A DNA stretch of 54,007 nt, taken from the NCBI GenBank assembly GCA_031404695.1, contig JANNIB010000313.1, positions 1-54,007 of the forward strand, given 5' to 3'. A program made the position numbers and the translations under genes. Of the stretch, positions 32,985 to 41,684 are shown piece by piece. Below the pieces are notes generated by a model. The model worked only from the letters and a program-made list of their open reading frames with translations. It had not been told where the DNA came from and did not search any database. Each line of letters opens with the position of its first letter. Position 1 is the first letter of the stretch. This DNA comes from Acidobacteriota bacterium. Its GTDB lineage: Bacteria > Acidobacteriota > Vicinamibacteria > Vicinamibacterales > UBA2999.

Positions 32985-34904
32985 ATGTGTGGCATCTGCG
33001 GCATGGTGGGACGCCCCGAGCGGGACACGCTCGGGCGGATGGCGGCCGCCATGACGCACCGCGGGCCCGACGACGACGGGTTCCACCTCGATGCCACGGC
33101 CGGCCTGGGCTTCCGGCGTCTGTCGATCATCGACGTGGCGGGCGGGCACCAGCCGCTCACGAACGAAGACCAGACGCTGCACCTGGTCTTCAACGGCGAG
33201 ATCTACAACCATCGTGAGTTGCGCGCCGGGCTCGAGGCCCGCGGGCACCGCTTTCGTACGCGCGCCGACGGCGAGGTGATCCTGCACCTCTACGAAGAAG
33301 AGGGCGCGGCGTGCGTCGCCAGGCTCAACGGGATCTTCGCGTTCGCGCTGTGGCATCCGGGCGCCGGTGAACTGGTGCTGGCGCGCGACCATCACGGCGT
33401 CAAGCCGCTCTACTACGCCGAGGCGCCCGGCCGACTCCTGTTCGCGTCCGAGATCAAGGCCCTTCTGGCCAGCGGCCAGGTCTCGCGCGATCTCGACCCG
33501 GAAGCGGTGTCGCAGTACCTGATCTATCAGGCGGTGCCGCCGCCGCTGTCGATCCTCCGCGACGTGCGGCAGCTTCCGCCCGGCAGCCTGCTGGTGCGCC
33601 GCCACGGCAACAGCCGCGTCACGCGCTACTGGTCGCCGCCACCGGAGGTGACCACCCCGGTGACCTCCGAGGCCGAGGCCTGCGAGATCACGCTCTCGGG
33701 GCTGCGCGCTTCGGTCGGCCGGCAGATGATGTCGGAACGGCCGCTGGGTGTGTTCCTGTCGGGCGGCGTGGACTCGAGTGCGCTCGTGGCATTGGCTGCC
33801 GAGCGTGTCTCGCACCCCCTCAAGACGTTTTCGGTCGGCTTCGTCGGGCCCGACGAACAAGTGCTCAGCGAGTGGCCGTGGGCCCGCATCGTGGCCGAGC
33901 GCTACGGCACCGACCATCAGGAGTTCGTGCTGACCGAGGCGATGTTCCGCGACCGGCTGCCGCATGCCTTCGCCGCGATGGACCAGCCGACCTCCGACGC
34001 CATCAACTCCTACTGGGTGTCGTACGCGGCCGCGCAGCACGTGACGGTGGCGCTCTCGGGCACCGGCGGCGACGAGCTGCTGCTCGGCTACAGCCGCGAC
34101 GCCCATCTGCTGCGCCGCTACGAACAGGGCCGGCCGCTCGGGCGTCTGCCGGCCGCTTACGTGCAGCGCATCGCGTCGGTGGTCGCCGGCGTGGCCAGCG
34201 ACCGGCTCTGGCAGTCGGTTGGCGGAATGCTCGAGACGGTCAAGGCGTTCGCGCTGCTCGACGAAGAATACCTGTCGCCCGCGGGCATCGCCATCTACAC
34301 GCCGTCACAGCGCGACGAGGTGCTGTCGGCGGCGATGCGCGCCGCCCGCGGCGCCGGGCAGAACGCCGCGGACTACCTGCGGGCCGACGTCGCGGCCGAC
34401 CTCGACCGCCCCGGCGACTGGCTGCTGCGGATGGAGCAGCGCGCCTACCTGTCGTCGGTGCTGCTGCGCGATATCGACGCGATGTCGATGGCCCATTCAC
34501 TCGAAGTGCGCGTCCCGTTCCTCGACCCGGAGTACGGCGCCGAGCTGGCGCGCATTCCGTGGCAGATGAAGTGCAAGGACGGCGTCGGCAAGTGGGTGCT
34601 CAAGCAGGCGCTCACGCCGCTGCTGCCCGACGAGATCCTGTTCCGTCCGAAGATGGGCTTCGGTCTGCCGTATCCGGTGTGGATGCGCCGCTCGCTGCAG
34701 CCGATGGTGCGCGATCTGCTGAGTCCGTCGCGGATCGCGCGACGCGGCGTCTTCGACCCGGTGGCGACCGGGCGGCTCGTCGAGCGCTTCTTCGCGGGTG
34801 ACGACGGCGTGTGGCGGCTGGTGTGGACGCTGCTGGCCTTCGAGGGCTGGGCCACCGAGGTGCTGGACCGCGGTGCGGAGGGGGGCCATGCGCGGGCGGC
34901 CTGA
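32985..34904 (+). CDS. asnB: asparagine synthase (glutamine-hydrolysing) family amidotransferase
   Basis: MCGICG is the N-terminal nucleophile motif. FLSGGVDSSALVAL is the PP-loop. Confidence 0.92.
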   Translation: MCGICGMVGRPERDTLGRMAAAMTHRGPDDDGFHLDATAGLGFRRLSIIDVAGGHQPLTNEDQTLHLVFNGEIYNHRELRAGLEARGHRFRTRADGEVILHLYEEEGAACVARLNGIFAFALWHPGAGELVLARDHHGVKPLYYAEAPGRLLFASEIKALLASGQVSRDLDPEAVSQYLIYQAVPPPLSILRDVRQLPPGSLLVRRHGNSRVTRYWSPPPEVTTPVTSEAEACEITLSGLRASVGRQMMSERPLGVFLSGGVDSSALVALAAERVSHPLKTFSVGFVGPDEQVLSEWPWARIVAERYGTDHQEFVLTEAMFRDRLPHAFAAMDQPTSDAINSYWVSYAAAQHVTVALSGTGGDELLLGYSRDAHLLRRYEQGRPLGRLPAAYVQRIASVVAGVASDRLWQSVGGMLETVKAFALLDEEYLSPAGIAIYTPSQRDEVLSAAMRAARGAGQNAADYLRADVAADLDRPGDWLLRMEQRAYLSSVLLRDIDAMSMAHSLEVRVPFLDPEYGAELARIPWQMKCKDGVGKWVLKQALTPLLPDEILFRPKMGFGLPYPVWMRRSLQPMVRDLLSPSRIARRGVFDPVATGRLVERFFAGDDGVWRLVWTLLAFEGWATEVLDRGAEGGHARAA

Positions 34905-35403
34905 ACGCATCCTGGTGTTCCGCTCGGGCCGGCACCTGCAGGTGGCACTGGCCGCACTGCGCGCCGCCTCGCCGGCGTGCGAGGTCACGGTGGTGGCGCG
35001 GCCCGACGCCGCCGTCGCGCTCGACCAGGCCGGAATCGATGACGCCCATCGCATCCCCTACGATCGCACGCCGTTCTTTCAGCCGCTGGCGTTCATCACG
35101 AGCCACGCCGGACGGCGTGCCGTCGCGGGGCGCTTCGACCGCGTGTGTGTGTTGTGGAACGGCCCGGACGGCGCCGGCCAGGCCAATGTCGACTACACGG
35201 CGCTGACGGTGTCGCCGCTGGGGTTCACCGCCATCACGCCAGACGGGACGCTGCTGGCGCTGCGCACCAGCGCGAACCTCGGTCGCGAGGCGGCGCGCGC
35301 CGTCTCGTCGGTGACGGTGGCGGCGTTTCTCGGGCTGACGTTGTACCTGCCGGCCCGGGTGCTCGCCCTGCGGCGCGGCGTCGCCGGGAGGGCGCCGGCG
35401 TGA
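34888..35403 (+). CDS. hypothetical protein, free-standing copy of the N-terminal domain of the 29965-31656 product
   Basis: RILVFRSGRHLQVALAALRAASPACEVTVV aligns with RVLMFRSCRMPQFAATLAWVRARWPSAAIDVV. It has a hydrophobic C-terminal segment. It overlaps asnB by 17 nt and the next GT by GTGA. Confidence 0.55.
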   Translation: MRGRPERILVFRSGRHLQVALAALRAASPACEVTVVARPDAAVALDQAGIDDAHRIPYDRTPFFQPLAFITSHAGRRAVAGRFDRVCVLWNGPDGAGQANVDYTALTVSPLGFTAITPDGTLLALRTSANLGREAARAVSSVTVAAFLGLTLYLPARVLALRRGVAGRAPA

Positions 35404-36470
35404 TCCGCGCGTTGCACGTCGTCGAGTCGCTGGCCGCCGGCGGCATCGAGACCACGTTCCTGAACGTCCTGCGCGCGTGGCGAGAGACGTCACCGTGGGC
35501 GACGCACGACGTCCTGGCGTGGGCCGGCGGGGCCCTCGAGGATGCCTACCGGATCGCCGCGGATGCGGTGACGATCGCCGCCGCGCCTGAGGTGCAGGCG
35601 GCGACGGTGATCGGGCCCTACGATGTCATCTACTTCACCTTCGAGCGCTGTGCCCATCGGCTGCTGCCCGTCGCCGTCTCGCGCAGCCGCGCCGCGGTCG
35701 TCTACGGCAAAGGCTACGACATGGGCGGCATGTTCCGCCTGAACGACGGGTTCAGGTGGCAGCCCGACGAGTCGATGATGTGGGCTGCCGATCACGTCAC
35801 CTTCACGACCGGGCGTCTGGCGGCCGGTTTCGCGGTGCCGGCGGGGCGGGCCACCGTCCTCGGCAAGGCGGCCGATGTGCGGCGCTTCGCTGACCTGCCG
35901 CCGGCCGACGCCTCGACCCCGAACCGCATCGTCTGTGTCGCCAATCTCCACGCCCGTAAACGCCTCGGCGATCTCATCCGCGCCGTCGCGCGGCTGCGGC
36001 CCGAGATCGACGGCCTCTCGCTGCGCCTGGTGGGCGCCGACAGCGGCGGGGAAGCGGACCACCTGGCGGCCCTCGCGGCGTCGCTGGGCATGGCTGAGGC
36101 GTGCGAGATGGTGGGGCGCCGGGTGGATGTGGCCGACGACCTGGCGGCGTCGCGTGTCTTCGCGTTGCCGTCGGGGTGTGAAGGCGTGCCGACGGCGATG
36201 CTCGAAGCCATGGCGGCGGCGCGTCCGGTGGTGATGACCGACGTCGGGCACGTCACGAGCGTCGTGACCGACGGCGTCGAGGGCTATGTCGTCACCGCCG
36301 GGGACGTCGAGGCCCTGAGCGATCGGCTGCGCACGCTGCTTGTCGACCCGGCGCGGGCACGCCGCATGGGGCTCGATGGGCGCTCGCGCGCGGCCGGACA
36401 CGACGTGCTGGCCGTGGCGTCGCGACTGCGTGCGGTCCTCGAAGGGGTCTGCGGAGTGCACGCGGCATGA
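35400..36470 (+). CDS. glycosyltransferase GT1/GT4-like
   Basis: IRALHVVESLAAGGIE at the N-terminus, plus VANLHARKR...VFALPSGCEGVPTAMLEAMAAARPVVMTDVG. Confidence 0.8.
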   Translation: MIRALHVVESLAAGGIETTFLNVLRAWRETSPWATHDVLAWAGGALEDAYRIAADAVTIAAAPEVQAATVIGPYDVIYFTFERCAHRLLPVAVSRSRAAVVYGKGYDMGGMFRLNDGFRWQPDESMMWAADHVTFTTGRLAAGFAVPAGRATVLGKAADVRRFADLPPADASTPNRIVCVANLHARKRLGDLIRAVARLRPEIDGLSLRLVGADSGGEADHLAALAASLGMAEACEMVGRRVDVADDLAASRVFALPSGCEGVPTAMLEAMAAARPVVMTDVGHVTSVVTDGVEGYVVTAGDVEALSDRLRTLLVDPARARRMGLDGRSRAAGHDVLAVASRLRAVLEGVCGVHAA

Positions 36471-37675
36471 ACCTCGTCGCCTCGCCTGGCCGGTCGGCGT
36501 CGATGACGCCCGTGCTCGATCTCGTCGAGCATATCGGGAGCGATCACGCGATGACGCAGGCCGACCTCGATCCGCTGCCGCCGGACGCCGCCGCGGCGTT
36601 GCCGGCGCTCTGGGCGGCCTATCAGCAGCACTGGGGCGGCTTCTGCGGCACACGGCTCGATCCGATGTTCTGGTCGCTCACACATCCGGCGCGGCTCACC
36701 GGCGCCGTGCGGGTCACGGACCGGGCATCGAGCGTCGTCGTCGGCACCGGGCCGTCGCTGGCGGCGGCGCTGCCCGCCCTTCAACGCCTGCGACCGGCCC
36801 TGCATCTCATCACCTCACCGCGAGGCGCGGAGGTGCTGGCGATGGCCGGCCTCGTGCCCGACCTCGTGGTCGTCGAACATCAGACCGCGCTCGACGCGCA
36901 GTTCTCCGCCAGCGACCAGTCGCATCGCCGCTCGTACGCGCTGGCGGCCGTGCCGCTGGTCGCCGCCGACGTGCGGACGCCGGCGGGCCTGCTGGCGTCG
37001 GTATCGGCCGAGCGTCTTTTCGTCCCCGACCCCTGGCCGTCGTGGGGCCTGTGGCCGGCCACGGCCGTGGCGCTGGCCCTGCGCGCCGGCGCTGGACGCG
37101 TCTGTCTCGTCGGCATCGACCTCGGCACCGTCGCGCACCCCGACCCCGCGCATGCCACGCTTCGCGATCTGCTGGCCGTGCTGGCCCGCCACGCGCCGGT
37201 GGCGTGTCTCGACCTCGGCGCCGGTGGCGCGCGGAAGCCGCACTGGACACTCTCGACGGTCGAGACCGTCGCGTCAGATCGCGCGGTCGAGCCAATGCGC
37301 CTCGACGCGCGGCCCTGGTTGACACCGGCCGAGCGCCGTTGCCGCGCCACCGAGCTCTGGCAGCGCCTGCGTCCGCTCGGCACGCGTGCCCAGGCGACGC
37401 TGGCCGCGGCGGGCGCCGTGCGCGACGGTGACCGGTCGGTGGGCATCGTCCAACGCATGTCCGACGCGCTCGGGGAGCTGCTCGCGGCCCGGCAAGAGCT
37501 GAACACGCGCATCGACGTACAGGACGGGCTCGGCGTGTCGTTTCTGCCGCGGCTGTGGCGCACGCCGCCGGACCTCGGGTTGGGCCCGCAGCTCTGGCGC
37601 GTCGCGGCGCTCGCGAGCCACGAATTCGTGGCGCAACATCGCACGCTCGGCCATCGCCTGGAGCACGGCACATGA
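36467..37675 (+). CDS. second, shorter Maf/DUF115 (MptE-like) family protein
   Basis: VVVGTGPSLAAALPALQRLRPALHLITSPRGAEVLAMAGLVPDLVVVEH and ATAVALALRAGAGRVCLVGIDLG follow the DUF115 core pattern. Confidence 0.55.
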   Translation: MNLVASPGRSASMTPVLDLVEHIGSDHAMTQADLDPLPPDAAAALPALWAAYQQHWGGFCGTRLDPMFWSLTHPARLTGAVRVTDRASSVVVGTGPSLAAALPALQRLRPALHLITSPRGAEVLAMAGLVPDLVVVEHQTALDAQFSASDQSHRRSYALAAVPLVAADVRTPAGLLASVSAERLFVPDPWPSWGLWPATAVALALRAGAGRVCLVGIDLGTVAHPDPAHATLRDLLAVLARHAPVACLDLGAGGARKPHWTLSTVETVASDRAVEPMRLDARPWLTPAERRCRATELWQRLRPLGTRAQATLAAAGAVRDGDRSVGIVQRMSDALGELLAARQELNTRIDVQDGLGVSFLPRLWRTPPDLGLGPQLWRVAALASHEFVAQHRTLGHRLEHGT

Positions 37676-38688
37676 CATCCGCAGCGTCGCCTGCGGTGTC
37701 GGTGCTGCTGCCGGTGAGAAACGGGATGCCGTATCTGCCGGCGGCCATCGGCAGCGTGTTGCGGCAGACGTTCCGCGATTTCGAACTGCTGGTCATCGAC
37801 GACGGCAGCAACGACGGCACCGCGTCGTATCTCACCGGCGTGACCGACGCGCGTATGCGCGTGGTAACGGCGCCGACGGCCGGACTGGCCTCGGCGCTCA
37901 CCGCCGGTCTGGCGGAGGCGCGTGGACGCTACGTGGCCCGGCAGGACGCCGACGATTGGTCGGCGCTCGACCGCCTCGCCCGGCAGGTGGCGTGGCTCGA
38001 CCGACGGCCGGACGTCGACGTCCTGGCCACCCCTGCCTCGTTCGTGGACGAGCGGGATGCGCCCGTGGAGTCGGCATGGACACAGGCGGTACGCGCCCGG
38101 TGGGACGCCGCGGTCACGCCGGACGAGATCGCGGCGCTGATGCCGCTCACGTGCTGCATCTTCCATGCGACGGTGATGGCGAGGACGGCGATTCTGCGCG
38201 ACGCGGGTGGCTACGACCAGGCCACCGTGCCGGCGGAAGACTACGACCTGTGGCTGCGGCTGTTGCCCGCGCACCGCTTCGCGCGCCTCGCCGAGCCGCT
38301 CTACACGGTGCGGGTTCACGCCGCCAGTTCCAGCGCCATTGGCCGCGCCACGCAGCTCGAACGCGTGATCGAGGCCAAGCTCCGTTACCTCCGTCGGCAG
38401 GTGCCGGAGCTGCCGTGGCCGGTGCGGCTGGTGCTGCCGGGGCACGACCGTGGCGCCGAGGTCTTCCGCCGTGTCGGTCGCGCGCTCGGCTTCGATGCCG
38501 CGATGCCGTCTGAGGGCGATGCGAGCGGCGTCGAGGTGGTGGCGGTCACCGACTTCACCGCGCTTCCGGCGTTTGCCGCTGCGGTGGCTGCCTCGGGAGG
38601 CGTCGCGCGCTACGGCAACCTGTTCGTGCGCGGTCCGCTTGCGCACGGCACCAGCGCGCCAGCGGCTCTCGGGGACCGGGCCTCGTGA
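37672..38688 (+). CDS. family 2 glycosyltransferase (GT-A)
   Basis: VSVLLPVRNGMPYLPAAIGSVLRQTFRDFELLVIDDGSNDGT and RQDADDW (DxD). Confidence 0.88.
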   Translation: MTSAASPAVSVLLPVRNGMPYLPAAIGSVLRQTFRDFELLVIDDGSNDGTASYLTGVTDARMRVVTAPTAGLASALTAGLAEARGRYVARQDADDWSALDRLARQVAWLDRRPDVDVLATPASFVDERDAPVESAWTQAVRARWDAAVTPDEIAALMPLTCCIFHATVMARTAILRDAGGYDQATVPAEDYDLWLRLLPAHRFARLAEPLYTVRVHAASSSAIGRATQLERVIEAKLRYLRRQVPELPWPVRLVLPGHDRGAEVFRRVGRALGFDAAMPSEGDASGVEVVAVTDFTALPAFAAAVAASGGVARYGNLFVRGPLAHGTSAPAALGDRAS

Positions 38689-38690
38689 GG

Positions 38691-39800
38691 TCAGCGCGTC
38701 GAGCGGTACAGCCCGTCGAAGGCGCCGACCATCTTCGTCCAGTCGTAGCGCGCCTCGACCATCGCCCGGGCGCGCTGCACGATGCGCGCCCGCCGTCGAT
38801 CGGTGAGCGCGGCGCCGAGCACGGCGGCGGTGGCAGCGGTGCCCCGGCACGGCACCGTCCACCCGGTGCGGCCGTCCAGCAGGAAGTCTTCGATGCCGGC
38901 CACGGCGCGGGCAGCCACCGGCACGCCGAGGGCCATCGCTTCGAGCACGGCGAGCCCCTGGCCTTCGTCGGCCGAGAGCGACACGAAGAGCGACCACCGG
39001 CGCACCAGCCGGCTCACATCACGGACTTGCCCGGCCACGTGCACGGCGTGGCCCAGTTGCAGGCGCGCGATGGTGTCGGTGAGCTGACGGGCGTAGGCGG
39101 CATCGGCGACCGGGCCGACGAGTTCGAGGCGCGCCTCGGGCACGGACGGCCGCAGCCGCGCGAAGGCCTCGACGAGCGCCACCTGGTTCTTGCGCGGCTC
39201 GATGCGGCCGACACAGCCCAGCACCGGCGCCCCGGTCGGCTGGTCCGTGGTGGTCCGGCAGGGAAGCGTCGCGAGATCGAGCCCCCAGGGCAAGTAGCTG
39301 AGACGGCGCGCCGTGACGCCGCCGGCGCGCAGCAGCCGGCTGTAGGCGTGCGCCGAACTGACCACCACGTCCGCCTGGCGAAACGCCCACAGGTCCTGCG
39401 TGTTCATCCACGCGGGCCGATCGGGACCCCAGCTGTACATCTGGCCCACGAGGCGCACGCGGCTGCCGGCGATGTCACGGGCCAGGGCGGCCAGACCGGT
39501 GGGCGTCCCGGCGTGCGCGTGGATGACCCCGGGCCGCAGCTCGTCGATGAGGGCCGCCAGACGCGCGGCGCTGGTCCAGTAAGTCGCGGCATCGCGCTGG
39601 AACGTGTCGATGTCGACGTGTCTGACGCCGGCGCGCGCCAGCTGGCGGCGATAGGACGGCCAGTCTGACAGCCCGTCGTGTCGAGCCGTCGTCACGAGCA
39701 CCACCGGCCTGTGCCGGACCTGTGCGGCGCACAGCGCCGAGATGACGCGACCGGCGCCACTCCAGAGAAAGGGCGCGACATGCAGGATGGGCGCAGACAT
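38691..39800 (-). CDS. glycosyltransferase GT1/GT4-like
   Basis: ILHVAPFLWSGAGRV at the N-terminus, plus VGRIEPRKNQ...LFVSLSADEGQGLAVLEAMALGVPVAARAVAGIEDFLLDGRTG. Confidence 0.8.
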   Translation of the reverse strand: MSAPILHVAPFLWSGAGRVISALCAAQVRHRPVVLVTTARHDGLSDWPSYRRQLARAGVRHVDIDTFQRDAATYWTSAARLAALIDELRPGVIHAHAGTPTGLAALARDIAGSRVRLVGQMYSWGPDRPAWMNTQDLWAFRQADVVVSSAHAYSRLLRAGGVTARRLSYLPWGLDLATLPCRTTTDQPTGAPVLGCVGRIEPRKNQVALVEAFARLRPSVPEARLELVGPVADAAYARQLTDTIARLQLGHAVHVAGQVRDVSRLVRRWSLFVSLSADEGQGLAVLEAMALGVPVAARAVAGIEDFLLDGRTGWTVPCRGTAATAAVLGAALTDRRRARIVQRARAMVEARYDWTKMVGAFDGLYRSTR

Positions 39801-39814
39801 CGAGGCGACGGCCG

Positions 39815-39820
39815 ATTATA
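39815..39820 (-). promoter_or_regulatory. possible sigma-70 -10 box (TATAAT) for the minus-strand glycosyltransferase
   Basis: The minus strand reads CTCTATAATCGGCC, 14 nt upstream of the ATG at 39800. A perfect TATAAT is rare at this GC content. No convincing -35 is present, and the mRNA would be nearly leaderless. Confidence 0.3.
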
Positions 39821-39866
39821 GAGCCGCGGTCACCGCGCCACCGCATCCATCCGGGCGCCGCCCCGG

Positions 39867-39893
39867 TCAAGAAATCCTCCGGCACGCCGATTG
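39867..39893 (+). promoter_or_regulatory. sigma-28-type promoter upstream of motA2-motB2
   Basis: TCAA (39867-39870), a 15 nt spacer, then GCCGATTG (39886-39893). The -10 octamer is the same as at flgM and at 41701. Confidence 0.5.
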
Positions 39894-39935
39894 CTCCAGT
39901 GGTCACGGGCCTCACGCCCGCGCCGCACACACGAC

Positions 39936-40808
39936 ATGTTCGTCATCATCGGGCTTCTCATCGTCATCGGATCGGTGCTTGGCGGCTACGTCATGCACCA
40001 CGGCAAGATCGCGCTGCTGAACCAGCCGAACGAGTTCCTCATCATCTTCGGCGCCGCCATCGGCGCCATGCTCATCAGCACGCCGCTGCCGGTCGTCACC
40101 AAGATGGCCAGGCAGATCGCCGGCGTGATGTCGCCGGGGCTGACCAAGAAGGACTACTCGGAGCTGCTGGCGATGCTCTATCAGCTGTTCCGGTTGTCGC
40201 AGCAGACCGGCATCATGGCCCTCGAGGCGCACTTCGAGAATCCGAAGGAGAGCACAGTGCTCTCGAAGTATCCGAAGTTCCTCGCCCGCCACGAATCGCT
40301 CGACTTCCTGTCGGATTCCATCAAGGTCATCATCGTCGGCGGTATGGCGCCGCACGACCTCGAGGCGCTGATGGACGAAGACATCTACGTGCACCACACC
40401 GAAGCACGGGCGCCCTCGGCGGCACTGGCCAAAGTGGCCGACGCGTTCCCGGGCCTGGGCATCGTCGCCGCCGTGCTCGGCGTCGTCATCACCATGCAGG
40501 CGATCGACGGGCCGCCGTCGGAAATCGGCGAGAAGGTCGGCGCCGCGCTGGTCGGCACGTTCCTCGGCATTCTGCTCTCCTACGGCATGTTCGGCCCGCT
40601 TGCGACCAATCTCGAAACGCGGGTCGACGACGAGGGCAACTACGAGAAGTGCATCAAGGCCGGCGTGCTGGCGACCTTCAAGGGGCTGCCCCCCGCCATC
40701 GCCATCGAGTTCGCGCGCCGCGTGCTGCCGCACGAAGTGCGACCGAGCTTCGAGGAGACCGAGAAGTTCTGCAAAGCGGCGGGCAAGCCCGAAGCGATGG
40801 CGGCGTAA
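39936..40808 (+). CDS. motA: flagellar stator protein MotA (copy 2, enterobacterial-like)
   Basis: MFVIIGLLIVIGSVLGGYVMHHGKI and ALVGTFLGILLSYGMFGPLATNLE closely follow the classical MotA pattern. Confidence 0.93.
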   Translation: MFVIIGLLIVIGSVLGGYVMHHGKIALLNQPNEFLIIFGAAIGAMLISTPLPVVTKMARQIAGVMSPGLTKKDYSELLAMLYQLFRLSQQTGIMALEAHFENPKESTVLSKYPKFLARHESLDFLSDSIKVIIVGGMAPHDLEALMDEDIYVHHTEARAPSAALAKVADAFPGLGIVAAVLGVVITMQAIDGPPSEIGEKVGAALVGTFLGILLSYGMFGPLATNLETRVDDEGNYEKCIKAGVLATFKGLPPAIAIEFARRVLPHEVRPSFEETEKFCKAAGKPEAMAA

Positions 40809-40811
40809 GCG

Positions 40812-41684
40812 ATGAAGCCGACCCAACCCATCATCATCATCAAGAAGAACCGCGGCGGCCATGCCGGGCACCACGGCGGCGCCTGGAAGGTGGCCTACGC
40901 CGACTTCGTCACGGCGATGATGGCCTTCTTCCTCGTCATGTGGCTGGTCAGCTCCAGCCCCGAGGTGAAGAAGTCGGTGGCCGGCTACTTCCGCGATCCC
41001 GGCGTCTTCGACTACGAGAAGTCCACCGGCATGATGGCCGGCGGCATGACCGGCATCGACGAGGGCCGCGCGCCCGAGGTGGCGACGCTGCCCGATGCGG
41101 CCGCGCTCACCGTCGAGCGCCAGCGCATGGAGCAGGCCGCCGAACACATCCGCGACAGCCTGGCCGAGACCGGCGGGCTCGAGCAGCTGCGTGACCAGAT
41201 CGAATTCTCGGTGACCGAAGAGGGGCTGCGCATCGAGCTGCTCGAGAAAGACGGCTCCAGCTTCTTCGACAGCGGCAGCGCCGTGCTGCGCGGCGAAAGC
41301 GAACGCATCCTCAGCATCATCGGACGCGAGCTCGGCACGATGAGCAATGACGTCGTCGTCGAGGGCCATACCGACAGCCGGCCGTTCGGGGCCGGACGGA
41401 CCTACTCGAACTGGGAGCTGTCGGCCGATCGCGCCAACGCGGCACGGCGGGTCATGGAGGCCGTGGGGCTCAACCCCGGCCAGGTGCAGAGCGTGCGCGG
41501 CTTTGCCGCCACGCAACTTCGTCTCCGGGAGGCCCCGATGGACCCACGCAACCGGCGCATCTCGATCGTCGTCCGCAGCCAATCGCGGACCCGTCTCGAG
41601 GAGTCGCTTCGTCCGACCGCCGACCCTGCCGCGGCCCCGCCGGCCGGGAGCGCGCCACCCCCGGCCGCGCCGCCGGTCCACTAA
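40812..41684 (+). CDS. motB: flagellar stator protein MotB (copy 2)
   Basis: HGGAWKVAYADFVTAMMAFFLVMWL has the TM Asp. VVVEGHTDSRPF...SNWELSADRANAARR...NRRISIVV is the OmpA-like domain. Confidence 0.92.
   Translation: MKPTQPIIIIKKNRGGHAGHHGGAWKVAYADFVTAMMAFFLVMWLVSSSPEVKKSVAGYFRDPGVFDYEKSTGMMAGGMTGIDEGRAPEVATLPDAAALTVERQRMEQAAEHIRDSLAETGGLEQLRDQIEFSVTEEGLRIELLEKDGSSFFDSGSAVLRGESERILSIIGRELGTMSNDVVVEGHTDSRPFGAGRTYSNWELSADRANAARRVMEAVGLNPGQVQSVRGFAATQLRLREAPMDPRNRRISIVVRSQSRTRLEESLRPTADPAAAPPAGSAPPPAAPPVH

Noticed and set aside
39811-39819. GCCGATTAT on the + strand, which looks like a fifth sigma-28 -10 element.
   Set aside because: No TAAA-like -35 lies 15 nt upstream. It would also fire 70 nt upstream of the better motA2 match. 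On the minus strand the same bases read TATAAT in front of the glycosyltransferase gene, which is the more economical explanation.
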